Sequence record: SRR20825019_1763 | Length of the DNA stretch: 34,713 nt | Direction: 5' to 3' (one strand) | Shown: piece after piece, positions 9,922 to 19,176 of the stretch | Numbering within the stretch: the first letter of the stretch is position 1 | Layout of the letters: every line of letters starts with the position of its first letter | Program-made: the position numbers and the translations under genes | Notes under the pieces: model-generated | Told to the model about the DNA's origin: nothing | What the model saw: the letters and a program-made list of their open reading frames with translations, nothing else | Databases searched by the model: none

Positions 9922-10677
9922 ATGACCTCTGAGACCAGAGACAACAACCTGCCCGCACGAATGGAAGCAGAGTTCAGTGAGCTCCTTGGAGAGTTGACCG
10001 CCTGCGGCCACCAGGCCACCGAATTGCTGGTCAGAACCCGACTGCCGCGCTGGTGTCGCCGGAGCCTGTTCTTTTTTCTGGGCTACATCGCCAAATCGGA
10101 AGGGCGGGTAACGGAGAAAGACATCGGTTTCGCCGAAACCCTGATGAAAGCACTGAAGCTCTCCGGCCGCCAGCGGCGCAAGGCCATTGGCCATTTCCGC
10201 AAGGGTAAGACTGCAGAGCGCATCCCTGCCCTGAAAGCGCTGGGCCTGCGCCTGACCCACAGAATCTGGCCCTCTCCCTCATTGCGTGTTGCCATCTGCC
10301 TTTGCCACGCAGCGCAGTTGCAGGGACGCCCGGAGAAGCCCCGCCGCTATCGTTGTGAGGACGCCATTGACCAGATGGGGCTGCCGATCAGGGTCAGCGA
10401 TGACATTCTCGACAGTTACGCCAGCAAGGTCTGGATCACCGAACCGGAGAGCCAGCCCCGACCCTCCACCTTCGAGCAGGCCTGCCAGGTTCTCGGCGTT
10501 ACCCGCCGTGACAGCCGCGAGGTGATCAAACGGGCCTACCGAAAAAAAGTGTCGGAATGCCACCCGGACAAACTGGCACAACAGAAGCTGAGCCCGGCGG
10601 AACTGACCAGGGCAAAGGACCGCCTTTTACGCTACCAGCAAGCCTGGGAACTGATCAGCCAGCGCCTGTCGGTTTGA
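9922..10677 (+). CDS. DjlA-like co-chaperone (TerB-like domain plus C-terminal J domain)
   Basis: LGYIAKSEGRV (DjlA/TerB-like) and IKRAYRKKVSECHPDKL (J-domain HPD motif); position after murU. Confidence 0.85.
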   Translation: MTSETRDNNLPARMEAEFSELLGELTACGHQATELLVRTRLPRWCRRSLFFFLGYIAKSEGRVTEKDIGFAETLMKALKLSGRQRRKAIGHFRKGKTAERIPALKALGLRLTHRIWPSPSLRVAICLCHAAQLQGRPEKPRRYRCEDAIDQMGLPIRVSDDILDSYASKVWITEPESQPRPSTFEQACQVLGVTRRDSREVIKRAYRKKVSECHPDKLAQQKLSPAELTRAKDRLLRYQQAWELISQRLSV

Positions 10678-10706
10678 ATCCGGCGTTTTGAGTTCAGCGC
10701 CAAGCT

Positions 10707-10715
10707 TGCTAAACT
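10707..10715 (+). promoter_or_regulatory. Candidate extended -10 element for the PAAR gene
   Basis: TGCTAAACT (TGn plus TAAACT, C at -13, RpoS-like) about 100 nt upstream of the ATG. Confidence 0.35.
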
Positions 10716-10815
10716 CCGAGATCAGAACCACACCACAGAAGCACAAAAGCACAGAAACACTAAAGACAGGCCCACGGACCAGCGGCCTGCAGACCCACTG
10801 AAAAGGAGCATTCCC

Positions 10816-11103
10816 ATGGGTAAAAAACTCGTCCTGCTCGGCGACATCGGAACCGATCACCAAGGCTTTCCCCCGACCCCAGTCATTACCGGCAGCGCTA
10901 CTGTACTGATCGACGGCAAGCCCGTTGCGCGGCTGGGCGACCAGCTTGCCATGCACTCCAAGCCCAAGCATCCACCACATCCCCGCGCCATTGCAGCTGG
11001 CAGCCCGACGGTGATGATAGAAGGCAAACCGGCCGCCCTGACCGGCGATGCCGTCAGCTGTGGTGGCGTTGTCATCGGCTCATCCACCGCCGTGGGTGGC
11101 TGA
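10816..11103 (+). CDS. Stand-alone PAAR-repeat spike tip protein
   Basis: 95 aa with PVARLGD and PAALTGD repeats, His/Cys Zn-ligand candidates (DH, H...H, SCG) and a strong AAGGAG RBS. Confidence 0.93.
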   Translation: MGKKLVLLGDIGTDHQGFPPTPVITGSATVLIDGKPVARLGDQLAMHSKPKHPPHPRAIAAGSPTVMIEGKPAALTGDAVSCGGVVIGSSTAVGG

Positions 11104-11110
11104 TGGTTTT

Positions 11111-12130
11111 CTAGCGTTCGGAGTCAAGCCAGGCTGAAATGCGGTTGGTAAGCGCCTGCGCCTCTCTGGGTTGTGGCTGTTCAGTCATTGCGACAGGTTG
11201 TCGGGAGTAGCCTGCAATCCCCGCCCGCCTGAATGCGGCCTCCCGTTGCTTTGGTGACCTTTGAGCCATCCCGCCAGCGCCCAATGAACTGCGGGCACTG
11301 TGGAGCTCCAGGACTTTGGGCACACCAGACTCACCAAGCGACTCCGTCAGGGCTTTCGAATCGCTCTGACTAAACGCTGGTGCAATCCAGACCAGCGCCG
11401 ACACATCCTGCCCCCCGCTGGCAATGGCCGCGCTGGTGACGTGACCAGCCGCCCGGCCGACACCCACCATGGCCACCCGGCTGTAACCACGACCAACCAG
11501 GTTGCCAGCCGCCGCGACCAGGGTCTTCTGAATGCGTGCCTGGTATTGGTTTGCCAAGGCCTCGACATCGTCACTGGCCATCACATCGATCATCACCGAC
11601 TCGCCAGGTTTATCGCCCGTTTCATCGGCGGCGTCCGTATCCGGCGCGCCCGCCTCTTCAGGCCCCTCTAAGCCCCGTTGTCGACGCGCTTCCTGTACCT
11701 CGTATGGCGGCATCTCGAGCCCAAGTACCATCACCGCCCAACCGGCACGTGCCATCGGCCGTCGCAGGGCAGCGGCCAATCCGGAAGCGGGTGATTGCCC
11801 CTCATCGGCCAGAATCAGCACTGCGCCCTTCGCAGGCGTCTCGGCTTCCGGCTCAAACAGGGCCAGCACCGGTTCTTCTTCCGGTGGCTCCAGCCATACA
11901 GACGAGTCCGGCCAGGCCCGGGCGATTGCATCCGAATCGAGCCCCGTTGATATCAACGGCCTTTCAACAGCCGCCCCGGAGGGTTTCCCGGCTTCCTTCC
12001 CGGTCGGGTTCTGCGCGCCTTTCTGCGCCTCTTTCGGTGCCTGCGCCAACGCTAACGAGGCCCAGAAAGCAACAAGGCAGGCCAGGATGACCCGACATTG
12101 CACAACCGGTTTTTTAATCCATTTGCTCAC
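11111..12130 (-). CDS. DUF3530 family alpha/beta-hydrolase-like exported protein
   Basis: Signal peptide; LALF...KGAVLILAD.GQ...LRR.M...GW pattern; location between the djlA-like gene and rpe as in pseudomonads. Confidence 0.75.
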   Translation of the reverse strand: MSKWIKKPVVQCRVILACLVAFWASLALAQAPKEAQKGAQNPTGKEAGKPSGAAVERPLISTGLDSDAIARAWPDSSVWLEPPEEEPVLALFEPEAETPAKGAVLILADEGQSPASGLAAALRRPMARAGWAVMVLGLEMPPYEVQEARRQRGLEGPEEAGAPDTDAADETGDKPGESVMIDVMASDDVEALANQYQARIQKTLVAAAGNLVGRGYSRVAMVGVGRAAGHVTSAAIASGGQDVSALVWIAPAFSQSDSKALTESLGESGVPKVLELHSARSSLGAGGMAQRSPKQREAAFRRAGIAGYSRQPVAMTEQPQPREAQALTNRISAWLDSER

Positions 12131-12169
12131 AGGCTGTCACTCATTCCGTGCGAAAAATCACCATCAAAC

Positions 12170-12178
12170 TGGTAGACT
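12170..12178 (+). promoter_or_regulatory. Candidate extended -10 promoter for rpe-gph
   Basis: TGGTAGACT (TGn plus TAGACT) about 120 nt upstream of the rpe ATG. Confidence 0.4.
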
Positions 12179-12200
12179 AGCAGCTTTGCGGCCCAGCAGC

Positions 12201-12240
12201 CTTTGCAGACTCTTGCAGCCTTTTGCAGGCTTTTACAGAG
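12201..12240. repeat. Four imperfect tandem 10-mers
   Basis: CTTTGCAGAC TCTTGCAGCC TTTTGCAGGC TTTTACAGAG. Confidence 0.8.
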
Positions 12241-12297
12241 AAAACCGCTGTACGCGCCATCGTCGATATCACTATCAAACCGTTCAAGAGAGCCGTC

Positions 12298-12984
12298 ATG
12301 AACCCTTTCCAGATTGCCCCGTCCATCCTGTCAGCCGATTTTGCCCGACTGGGCGAGGAAGTCGATAACGTACTGGCCGCCGGCGCCGACATTGTCCACT
12401 TCGATGTCATGGACAACCACTACGTACCCAACCTGACCATCGGGCCCATGGTCTGCGAAGCATTGCGTAAACACGGGGTTACCGCTCCAATTGACGTGCA
12501 CCTGATGGTATCACCGGTAGACGACCTGATCCGGATGTTCATCGATGCCGGCGCCAGCTACATCACCTTCCACCCGGAAGCCTCCAATCACATTGACCGT
12601 TCCCTGCAGTTGATTCGTGAAGGCGGGTGCAAGGCGGGCCTGGTGTTCAATCCAGCCACGCCACTGCACTACATCGATCACGTGATGGATAAGCTGGACA
12701 TGATCCTGCTGATGTCCGTAAACCCTGGTTTCGGCGGCCAGAAGTTTATTCCAGGCACTCTCGACAAACTGCGCGAAGCCCGCAAGCGCATCGATACCAG
12801 CGGTCGCAACATTCGCCTGGAAATCGACGGCGGCGTGAAAACCGACAACATCCGCGAGATCGCCGAAGCCGGCGCCGACACATTTGTCGCCGGCTCCGCC
12901 ATCTTCAACACTGACGACTACAAAGCCACCATCGAAAAAATGCGGGCAGAGCTGGAACTGGCCAAGCAGAGTTCGAACCGATGA
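12298..12984 (+). CDS. rpe: Ribulose-phosphate 3-epimerase
   Basis: [39 protein letters not shown] and EIDGG motifs; start at MNPFQ. Confidence 0.98.
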   Translation: MNPFQIAPSILSADFARLGEEVDNVLAAGADIVHFDVMDNHYVPNLTIGPMVCEALRKHGVTAPIDVHLMVSPVDDLIRMFIDAGASYITFHPEASNHIDRSLQLIREGGCKAGLVFNPATPLHYIDHVMDKLDMILLMSVNPGFGGQKFIPGTLDKLREARKRIDTSGRNIRLEIDGGVKTDNIREIAEAGADTFVAGSAIFNTDDYKATIEKMRAELELAKQSSNR

Positions 12985-13670
12985 GCCTGGCGGGGTTGTT
13001 CAGCCAACGCTGGCCGGGAGTGGCCCTGTTCGACCTGGACGGCACCCTGGTTGACAGCGCCCCCGACCTGGCAGCGGCCATTGACGCTATGCTGGAACAG
13101 CTGGGTCGCCGCAAAGCCGGCGCTGACAATGTGCGCCAATGGGTGGGCAATGGCGCCAGCGTGCTGGTGCGGCGTGCCCTTGCCGGGCAAGCGGACTGGG
13201 AACCGGCAACCCCGAAGGACGACGCACTGTTCAATGACGCCCTGGCGATGTTCTACCATGCCTACGAAAACCTTAACGGCCAGCATGCCGTGCTCTACGA
13301 CGGCGTGGAGGAATGTCTGACCCGTCTTGCCGACCACGGCTGCCGCATGGGCATCGTTACCAACAAGCCGGAACAGTTTGTGGCACCGTTGCTCGAGCAG
13401 ATGGGCATTGAACACTGGTTCGATATCAGCATCGGTGGAGACACCCTGCCGGTGCGCAAACCAGACCCGCAACCGTTGATCCATGCCATGACCGAACTCG
13501 GCGGCACCCGGGGCACCACGGTGATGGTGGGCGATTCGGTCACCGACATCAGCGCGGCCCTGGCGGCGGGTATTCCTTCGGTGGCGGTTCGCTACGGCTA
13601 CAATTATGGGGCGCCCGTGGATTCGCTCGGTGCAGATGCCGTTGTTGATTCCCTGGCCCAGCTTTTGTAA
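12981..13670 (+). CDS. gph: Phosphoglycolate phosphatase (HAD)
   Basis: [19 protein letters not shown] and MVGDS..D motifs; rpe-gph-trpE synteny. Confidence 0.95.
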   Translation: MSLAGLFSQRWPGVALFDLDGTLVDSAPDLAAAIDAMLEQLGRRKAGADNVRQWVGNGASVLVRRALAGQADWEPATPKDDALFNDALAMFYHAYENLNGQHAVLYDGVEECLTRLADHGCRMGIVTNKPEQFVAPLLEQMGIEHWFDISIGGDTLPVRKPDPQPLIHAMTELGGTRGTTVMVGDSVTDISAALAAGIPSVAVRYGYNYGAPVDSLGADAVVDSLAQLL

Positions 13671-13673
13671 TCT
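13645..13673 (+). promoter_or_regulatory. Candidate sigma70 promoter for the trp leader and trpE
   Basis: TTGATT (13645-13650), 17-bp spacer, TAATCT (13668-13673), overlapping the gph 3' end. Confidence 0.5.
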
Positions 13674-13717
13674 CACAGGATATTGATTTGAAACCTTCAA
13701 TTCGGGAGATTCCTGCC

Positions 13718-13798
13718 GTGCAGGGACTGAGTCTGATAACAGCGCAGGGCATACTGACAACCCGCGCAACACGATGGTGGCGATGGCGCACCGGCTGA
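13718..13798 (+). CDS. Trp-rich leader peptide (TrpL-like), MQGLSLITAQGILTTRATRWWRWRTG
   Basis: GGGAG RBS at 13704-13708, GTG at 13718, codons TGG TGG CGA TGG at 13775-13786, TGA at 13796-13798, 48 nt before the trpE ATG. Confidence 0.85.
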   Translation: MQGLSLITAQGILTTRATRWWRWRTG

Positions 13799-13846
13799 AT
13801 GCCGCCCGAACGTCCTCCATACAGATCAGATTCAGGAACCGTTATC

Positions 13847-15334
13847 ATGACACCCGAGCAATTCGCCGAGCTCGCCAAGGCCGGCTTTAATCGTATCCCC
13901 GTATACCGCGAAGTCCTTGCCGACCTGGACACGCCCCTGAGCACCTATTTCAAGCTGGCCAGCGGCCCCTATTCCTACCTGTTTGAATCTGTCCAGGGCG
14001 GTGAAAAGTGGGGCCGCTATTCCATTATTGGTCTGCCAAGCCGGGAAGTTCTAAAGGTCCATGATCACACCGTCACCATTACCCGCGACGACGAGGTGAT
14101 CGAAGAAACCACGGTCGACGATCCACTGGCCTTCGTGGAAGACTATCAGGCCCGCTTCAACGCGCCGGACCTGGAGGAATTGCCCCGCTTCAATGGTGGC
14201 CTGGTTGGCTATTTCGGTTATGACACCGTGCGCTACATCGAGAAGCGCCTGCGCAACACCTGCCCGCCGGACAAGATCGGCACGCCCGACATCCTTTTGA
14301 TGGTGTCCGACGACGTGGTGGTGTTCGACAATCTGCGCGGCAAGCTGCACCTGATTGTCCATGCCGACCCAAATCAGGAGGGTGCTTACGAACAGGCACT
14401 GCAGCGAATTGACGACCTGGAGTCCCGCTTGCACCGGCAGACGGCCAACGCGCCCCGCACACCGGAACATCTGCGCGGTAAAACCGTGGATGAGAGCGAC
14501 TTCATCTCCGGGTTCAACCAGGAAAAATTCGAAGCGGCCGTGGGCCACATCAAGGAATACGTGCTGGACGGCGACGTGATGCAGACGGTGATCTCGCAAC
14601 GCATGTCGATTCCATTCGAGGCACCACCGCTGAACCTGTATCGCTCGCTGAGGGTGCTGAACCCGTCCCCCTACATGTATTTCCTGGATCTGGGAGACTT
14701 CCAGATCGTCGGCTCATCGCCGGAAATCCTGGCGCGGGTGGAAGATGATGAAGTCACCGTGCGCCCCATCGCCGGCACCCGAAAGCGTGGCGCCACCGAT
14801 GCCGAAGACCGGGCCATGGAAGCGGAACTGCTGGCCGACCCCAAGGAAATCGCCGAGCATCTGATGCTGATCGATCTGGGCCGCAACGACGCTGGCCGGG
14901 TGTCTGAAACCGGCACGGTAAAGCTGACGGACAAGATGATTGTGGAGCGCTATTCCCATGTGATGCACATCGTCTCTAACGTCACCGGCCGCCTGAAGGA
15001 CAACACCAGTTGCCTGGACGTGCTGCGCGCCACCCTACCCGCCGGCACCCTGAGCGGTGCCCCCAAAATTCGCGCCATGGAAATCATCGACGAACTGGAG
15101 CCGGTGAAGCGCGGTGTCTATGGCGGCGCCGTGGGTTACCTGTCGTTCAACGGCAACATGGATACCGCCATTGCCATCCGCACGGCGGTAATCAAAGACA
15201 ACACCCTGCATATTCAGGCAGGGGCCGGCGTGGTGGCCGACTCGGTGCCCCGCCTTGAGTGGAAGGAAACCATGAACAAGGGCCGCGCGATTTTCCGCGC
15301 CGTCGCCATGACCTACAACGATTTCGACCACTGA
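13847..15334 (+). CDS. trpE: Anthranilate synthase component I
   Basis: [50 protein letters not shown] and GTLSGAPK motifs; ATG 13847 follows AGGA. Confidence 0.97.
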   Translation: MTPEQFAELAKAGFNRIPVYREVLADLDTPLSTYFKLASGPYSYLFESVQGGEKWGRYSIIGLPSREVLKVHDHTVTITRDDEVIEETTVDDPLAFVEDYQARFNAPDLEELPRFNGGLVGYFGYDTVRYIEKRLRNTCPPDKIGTPDILLMVSDDVVVFDNLRGKLHLIVHADPNQEGAYEQALQRIDDLESRLHRQTANAPRTPEHLRGKTVDESDFISGFNQEKFEAAVGHIKEYVLDGDVMQTVISQRMSIPFEAPPLNLYRSLRVLNPSPYMYFLDLGDFQIVGSSPEILARVEDDEVTVRPIAGTRKRGATDAEDRAMEAELLADPKEIAEHLMLIDLGRNDAGRVSETGTVKLTDKMIVERYSHVMHIVSNVTGRLKDNTSCLDVLRATLPAGTLSGAPKIRAMEIIDELEPVKRGVYGGAVGYLSFNGNMDTAIAIRTAVIKDNTLHIQAGAGVVADSVPRLEWKETMNKGRAIFRAVAMTYNDFDH

Positions 15335-15350
15335 GGCGGAGGATAAGATT

Positions 15351-15932
15351 ATGTTGCTGATGATCGATAACTACGACTCCTTCACCTACAACGTGGTGCA
15401 GTACCTGGCCGAGTTGGGCGAAGATGTTCATGTCTACCGCAACGACGAGATCACCGTGGAGGGCATCGAAGCCCTGAAACCGGAGCGCCTCGTTGTCTCT
15501 CCCGGCCCCTGCACGCCCAACGAGGCAGGCATTTCCATGGCCACCATTCGCCACTTTGCCGGCAAGTTGCCGATTCTGGGCGTTTGCCTCGGCCACCAGG
15601 CCATCGGGCAGGTATACGGCGGGAAGGTTATTCGCGCCGGGCAGGTGATGCACGGCAAGGTATCTGCGGTCTACCATAAGGACCAGGGCATTTTCCGTGG
15701 CCTGAGCAACCCGCTGAAGGCGACCCGCTATCACAGCCTGGTGATCGACAAAGACACCCTTCCGGATTGCCTTGAAGTCACTGCATGGACTCGCAATGAC
15801 GATGGCTCGGTGGAAGAAATAATGGGTGTTCGGCACAAAACACTGCCCATCGAAGGTGTACAGTTCCATCCAGAGTCTATTATGACGGAACAGGGCCATG
15901 AGCTGCTGCGCAACTTTCTGAAGACACGATAA
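15351..15932 (+). CDS. trpG: Anthranilate synthase component II (glutamine amidotransferase)
   Basis: [26 protein letters not shown] and QFHPES motifs. Confidence 0.96.
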   Translation: MLLMIDNYDSFTYNVVQYLAELGEDVHVYRNDEITVEGIEALKPERLVVSPGPCTPNEAGISMATIRHFAGKLPILGVCLGHQAIGQVYGGKVIRAGQVMHGKVSAVYHKDQGIFRGLSNPLKATRYHSLVIDKDTLPDCLEVTAWTRNDDGSVEEIMGVRHKTLPIEGVQFHPESIMTEQGHELLRNFLKTR

Positions 15933-15943
15933 GAGGCCACCAC

Positions 15944-16972
15944 ATGGACATGAAAGAAGCACTGAACCGCATCGCCTCCAACCTGGACCTGTCCACGGAG
16001 GAGATGAAGGACGTTATGCGCATCGTCATGAAGGGTGAAGCCACCGATGCGCAGATTGGGGCCTTTCTCATGGGGCTGCGCATCAAGAGCGAAACCATCG
16101 ACGAAATCACCGGCGCCACCGAAGTCATGCGGGAACTGGCCACCCGCGTGACGGTCAACGCCGACCCACTGGTGGATATCGTGGGCACCGGCGGTGACGG
16201 TGCCAACTTGTTCAACGTATCCACCGCGGCGTCTTTTGTGGTCGCCGCAGCCGGTGGCTTTGTGGCCAAGCATGGCAACCGTGCCGTGTCCTCCAAGAGC
16301 GGCAGCGCGGACCTGCTGGAAAAGCTGGGTATCAACCTGCAGATGGCGCCTGAGGAGGTTGCACGCTGCGTGGAGGAGATCGGCGTTGGCTTCATGTTCG
16401 CCCCGGTCCATCATGGCGCCATGAAACACGCCATTGGCCCTCGCAAGGAACTGGGTTGCCGTACCATATTCAATATCCTTGGCCCCATGACCAACCCGGC
16501 CAGCGTCAAGCGCCAGTTGATCGGTGTGTTCACGAAAGAGCTGTGTCGCCCCATGGCGGAGGTTCTGCACCGCCTGGGTGCCGAACACATTATGGTGGTG
16601 CACTCGAAGGATGGCCTGGACGAAATCAGCCTGGCCAGCGCCACCCATGTGGCGGAGCTGAAAAACGGCGAAGTCACTGAGTACGACATCACCCCGGAAG
16701 ACCTGGGCATCAAGAGCCAGGCGCTGGTCGGTCTCACGGTGAATACCGCCGAGGACTCCCTGAAACTGATCCGTGCCGCGTTCGGTCGTGGTCATGATGA
16801 AATGGCTGAGAAAGCGCGGGATCTTATCGCCCTGAACGCCGGCGCAGCAATTTATGTGGCAGGCCTGGCGAAGACGACGGCGGAAGGCGTGGAGATGGCG
16901 CTGGACGCCATGGGCTCAGGCTTGGCAGCCGGCAAGATGTCCGAGCTTGCTGACTTTTCGCAGTGTTTCTAA
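15944..16972 (+). CDS. trpD: Anthranilate phosphoribosyltransferase
   Basis: [38 protein letters not shown] and DGLDE motifs. Confidence 0.97.
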   Translation: MDMKEALNRIASNLDLSTEEMKDVMRIVMKGEATDAQIGAFLMGLRIKSETIDEITGATEVMRELATRVTVNADPLVDIVGTGGDGANLFNVSTAASFVVAAAGGFVAKHGNRAVSSKSGSADLLEKLGINLQMAPEEVARCVEEIGVGFMFAPVHHGAMKHAIGPRKELGCRTIFNILGPMTNPASVKRQLIGVFTKELCRPMAEVLHRLGAEHIMVVHSKDGLDEISLASATHVAELKNGEVTEYDITPEDLGIKSQALVGLTVNTAEDSLKLIRAAFGRGHDEMAEKARDLIALNAGAAIYVAGLAKTTAEGVEMALDAMGSGLAAGKMSELADFSQCF

Positions 16973-16985
16973 TACGAGCCTGACA

Positions 16986-17798
16986 ATGACTGACAGACAT
17001 CTGGACAAGACGCCTACCATCCTGCGAAAGATCGTTGATCGGAAGTGGGAGGAAATTGATGAGCGTACGCGCAGGATTTCTATTGGCGATCGGAAGGCCA
17101 TGGCTGGCGATCAACCGCCAGCGCGGGGCTTTGCGAGCGCCCTTCGCCGACGCATCGAACAGCAAACGCCTGCGGTCATTGCCGAGATCAAAAAAGCCTC
17201 ACCCAGCAAAGGCATTCTCCGCGATCCGTTTGTTCCCGAGGCCATCGCCGAAAGCTATGAAAAAGGCGGTGCCGCCTGCCTGTCAGTACTCACTGACAAG
17301 GATTTCTTCCAGGGCCATGAAGACTACCTCCAAGCCGCCCGCGCCGCCTGCAGCCTGCCAGTCATCCGCAAGGACTTCATGGTGGCGCCGTATCAGGTCT
17401 ACGAGAGCCGGGCCATTGGCGCCGACTGCATCCTGCTGATCGCCGCCTGCCTGACCAGGGACCAGATGCAGGAGCTGGAAGGCATCGCCCATGAAATTGG
17501 CCTGGACGTGCTGGTCGAGGTTCACGACGGCGAGGAAATGGACGATGCCCTCACCCTGAAAACACCGCTGGTGGGCATCAACAACCGCAACCTGCACACC
17601 TTTGAGGTCTCACTGGATACCACCTTCGACCTGCATGAACGGATTTCGGCCGACCGCCTGACGATCACCGAAAGTGGCATCATGACCCGGGCCGATGTGG
17701 AGACCATGACCAACCGGGGTATCTACGGCTTCCTGGTGGGCGAGTCCTTCATGCGGGCCGAAGAACCTGGCAAGAAACTGCAGGAGCTGTTTTTTTAG
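16986..17798 (+). CDS. trpC: Indole-3-glycerol phosphate synthase
   Basis: [36 protein letters not shown] and LVGE motifs; start at ATG 16986 after the trpD stop. Confidence 0.97.
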   Translation: MTDRHLDKTPTILRKIVDRKWEEIDERTRRISIGDRKAMAGDQPPARGFASALRRRIEQQTPAVIAEIKKASPSKGILRDPFVPEAIAESYEKGGAACLSVLTDKDFFQGHEDYLQAARAACSLPVIRKDFMVAPYQVYESRAIGADCILLIAACLTRDQMQELEGIAHEIGLDVLVEVHDGEEMDDALTLKTPLVGINNRNLHTFEVSLDTTFDLHERISADRLTITESGIMTRADVETMTNRGIYGFLVGESFMRAEEPGKKLQELFF

Positions 17799-17849
17799 GA
17801 GGGCTTACGCAAAGCTCGAACAAGTCAGCGGGCATGGGTTGAGCACGGA

Positions 17850-18458
17850 CTAATCCTCAGCCAACGCCTCCTGCAGCAACGCCAGCAAATGCGCCGGCAT
17901 CCCTTCGGCCAGCTTCAGCGCAGCTTCATGCCCACGCGGAGACATCTTGCCCCAGGTACGGCGGACAATGCGCAGCCATTTCTCCCGGTCGTAATCGGCT
18001 TTTTCCTCATAGAAATCCGCGAAATAGCGTTCCAGAAAGACCATGCAGGCAACGTCTTCCAGCAACTGTGTGTCTGCGTCCTTGCGCAACTCCCGCTTGG
18101 TCAGGATGGTTTCCACCTTCTGGCATTCTTCCTGTGGGTAGCCACATTCCTCCATGATTTCGGCGGCCCGGCGGCCATGCATGCGGCCACAGGCCTGGCG
18201 CCATTCGTAATAGGCCTTGCGACCTTCCGGGAAATCGCTACGGGGGATAGTCCAGCGCTCGATGTGCTGGGCGCGGCAGGCAATCTGCATGCGTTCGGAG
18301 GGCTGCGGCTCAAGCTCAAACAGCCAGCGTGTCATGTGCTGGCTGTAGGCGTATTCCTTGGGCAAGGGTATTCCGCCAACCTGCTCGATGTTGGGGTCTG
18401 CACGGTTGGCGGTATCGATTCTATCAAGAGCACAGGCCAGTAGGGTCTGTTGGGTCAT
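17850..18458 (-). CDS. DUF4202 domain protein
   Basis: IDTANRADP, RAQHIERW..PR..FPEGR..Y..WR, LEDVAC.VFL and TWGKMS motifs; start MTQQ. Confidence 0.88.
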   Translation of the reverse strand: MTQQTLLACALDRIDTANRADPNIEQVGGIPLPKEYAYSQHMTRWLFELEPQPSERMQIACRAQHIERWTIPRSDFPEGRKAYYEWRQACGRMHGRRAAEIMEECGYPQEECQKVETILTKRELRKDADTQLLEDVACMVFLERYFADFYEEKADYDREKWLRIVRRTWGKMSPRGHEAALKLAEGMPAHLLALLQEALAED

Positions 18459-18462
18459 CGGG

Positions 18463-19080
18463 TCATACCTGGGCGGAAGGACGTTGCTTGATGCGATCAT
18501 ACCAGGCCTGGAGGTTGGCCTGCTCCGGCTTGATGCGAATATCCACCACACGGGCGAAGGCCACCGTGGTAAAGGCATTAATATCCGCGGCCGTGAACCG
18601 GTCGCAACAGATGTATTCCCTGCCATCCAGATGCTTGTTCAGGAAGTGCATGAATTTTTCCACCGACGTGCGGCACTCCTCACCCCATTCCTTGATCGGG
18701 TTCATGCGGTCCTTGAAATAGCCGCTGGTGTGCTGGAAACACATGCCGGTGGGCAGGAAAAAGGAGAACTCGATCCACCGCAGCCACTGTTCCACCTGCG
18801 CTTTTTCCAATGCTGTGTCCCCAAGCAGGGTTGGCGCATCCGGATAGCTTTCTTCGAAATAGCGGCAAATTGCCATGGTTTCGGCGATGCAGGTGCCGTC
18901 GTCCAGTTCCATCACGGGTACTTTCTTCATCGGGTTCCTGGCCGCGTACTCCGGCGTCAGGTTCTCACCCTTCTGCAGATCGATCTCAACAAACTCGGCC
19001 TTGTCCAACAGGCCCTTTTCAGACATGAACATCCTTACCCGGCGTGGGTTGGGCGCTGTCTTGGTCTCAAAGATTTTCAT
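18463..19080 (-). CDS. Glutathione S-transferase (GTT2-like)
   Basis: APNPRRVRMF, NPMKKVPVMELDDG, AICRYFE and FTAADI motifs; start MKIFE at 19080. Confidence 0.92.
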   Translation of the reverse strand: MKIFETKTAPNPRRVRMFMSEKGLLDKAEFVEIDLQKGENLTPEYAARNPMKKVPVMELDDGTCIAETMAICRYFEESYPDAPTLLGDTALEKAQVEQWLRWIEFSFFLPTGMCFQHTSGYFKDRMNPIKEWGEECRTSVEKFMHFLNKHLDGREYICCDRFTAADINAFTTVAFARVVDIRIKPEQANLQAWYDRIKQRPSAQV

Positions 19081-19176
19081 TGTTATCGACTCCAATCCAA
19101 ATAAGTATCTCGGGGTGAATCTGAGGAATTGTGTAGAAGACTGACGCGGAACACCGGTTGCGTCAAGCAACCGTAA

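Noticed and set aside
10695-10710. Possible sigma54 promoter before the PAAR gene (CAGCGCCAAGCTTGCT)
   Set aside because: The -12 TTGC is present but the invariant -24 GG reads AG.
16854-16985. Trp/Arg-rich in-frame upstream extension of trpC ([17 protein letters not shown]...), superficially a second Trp sensor
   Set aside because: It lies in the +1 frame of trpD, where CTG-G, GTG-G and ATG-G junctions create TGG codons routinely in GC-rich genes. It has no evident RBS, and TrpC similarity begins after ATG 16986.
18459-18626. N-terminal extension of the DUF4202 ORF
   Set aside because: It is an alternative frame within the GST gene. ATG 18458 just after the GST stop is the natural start.
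19142-19165. TGACGC-N12-GCGTCA inverted repeat upstream of the GST gene
   Set aside because: The 6-bp arms have no U tail and match no site I recognise; compatible with chance.
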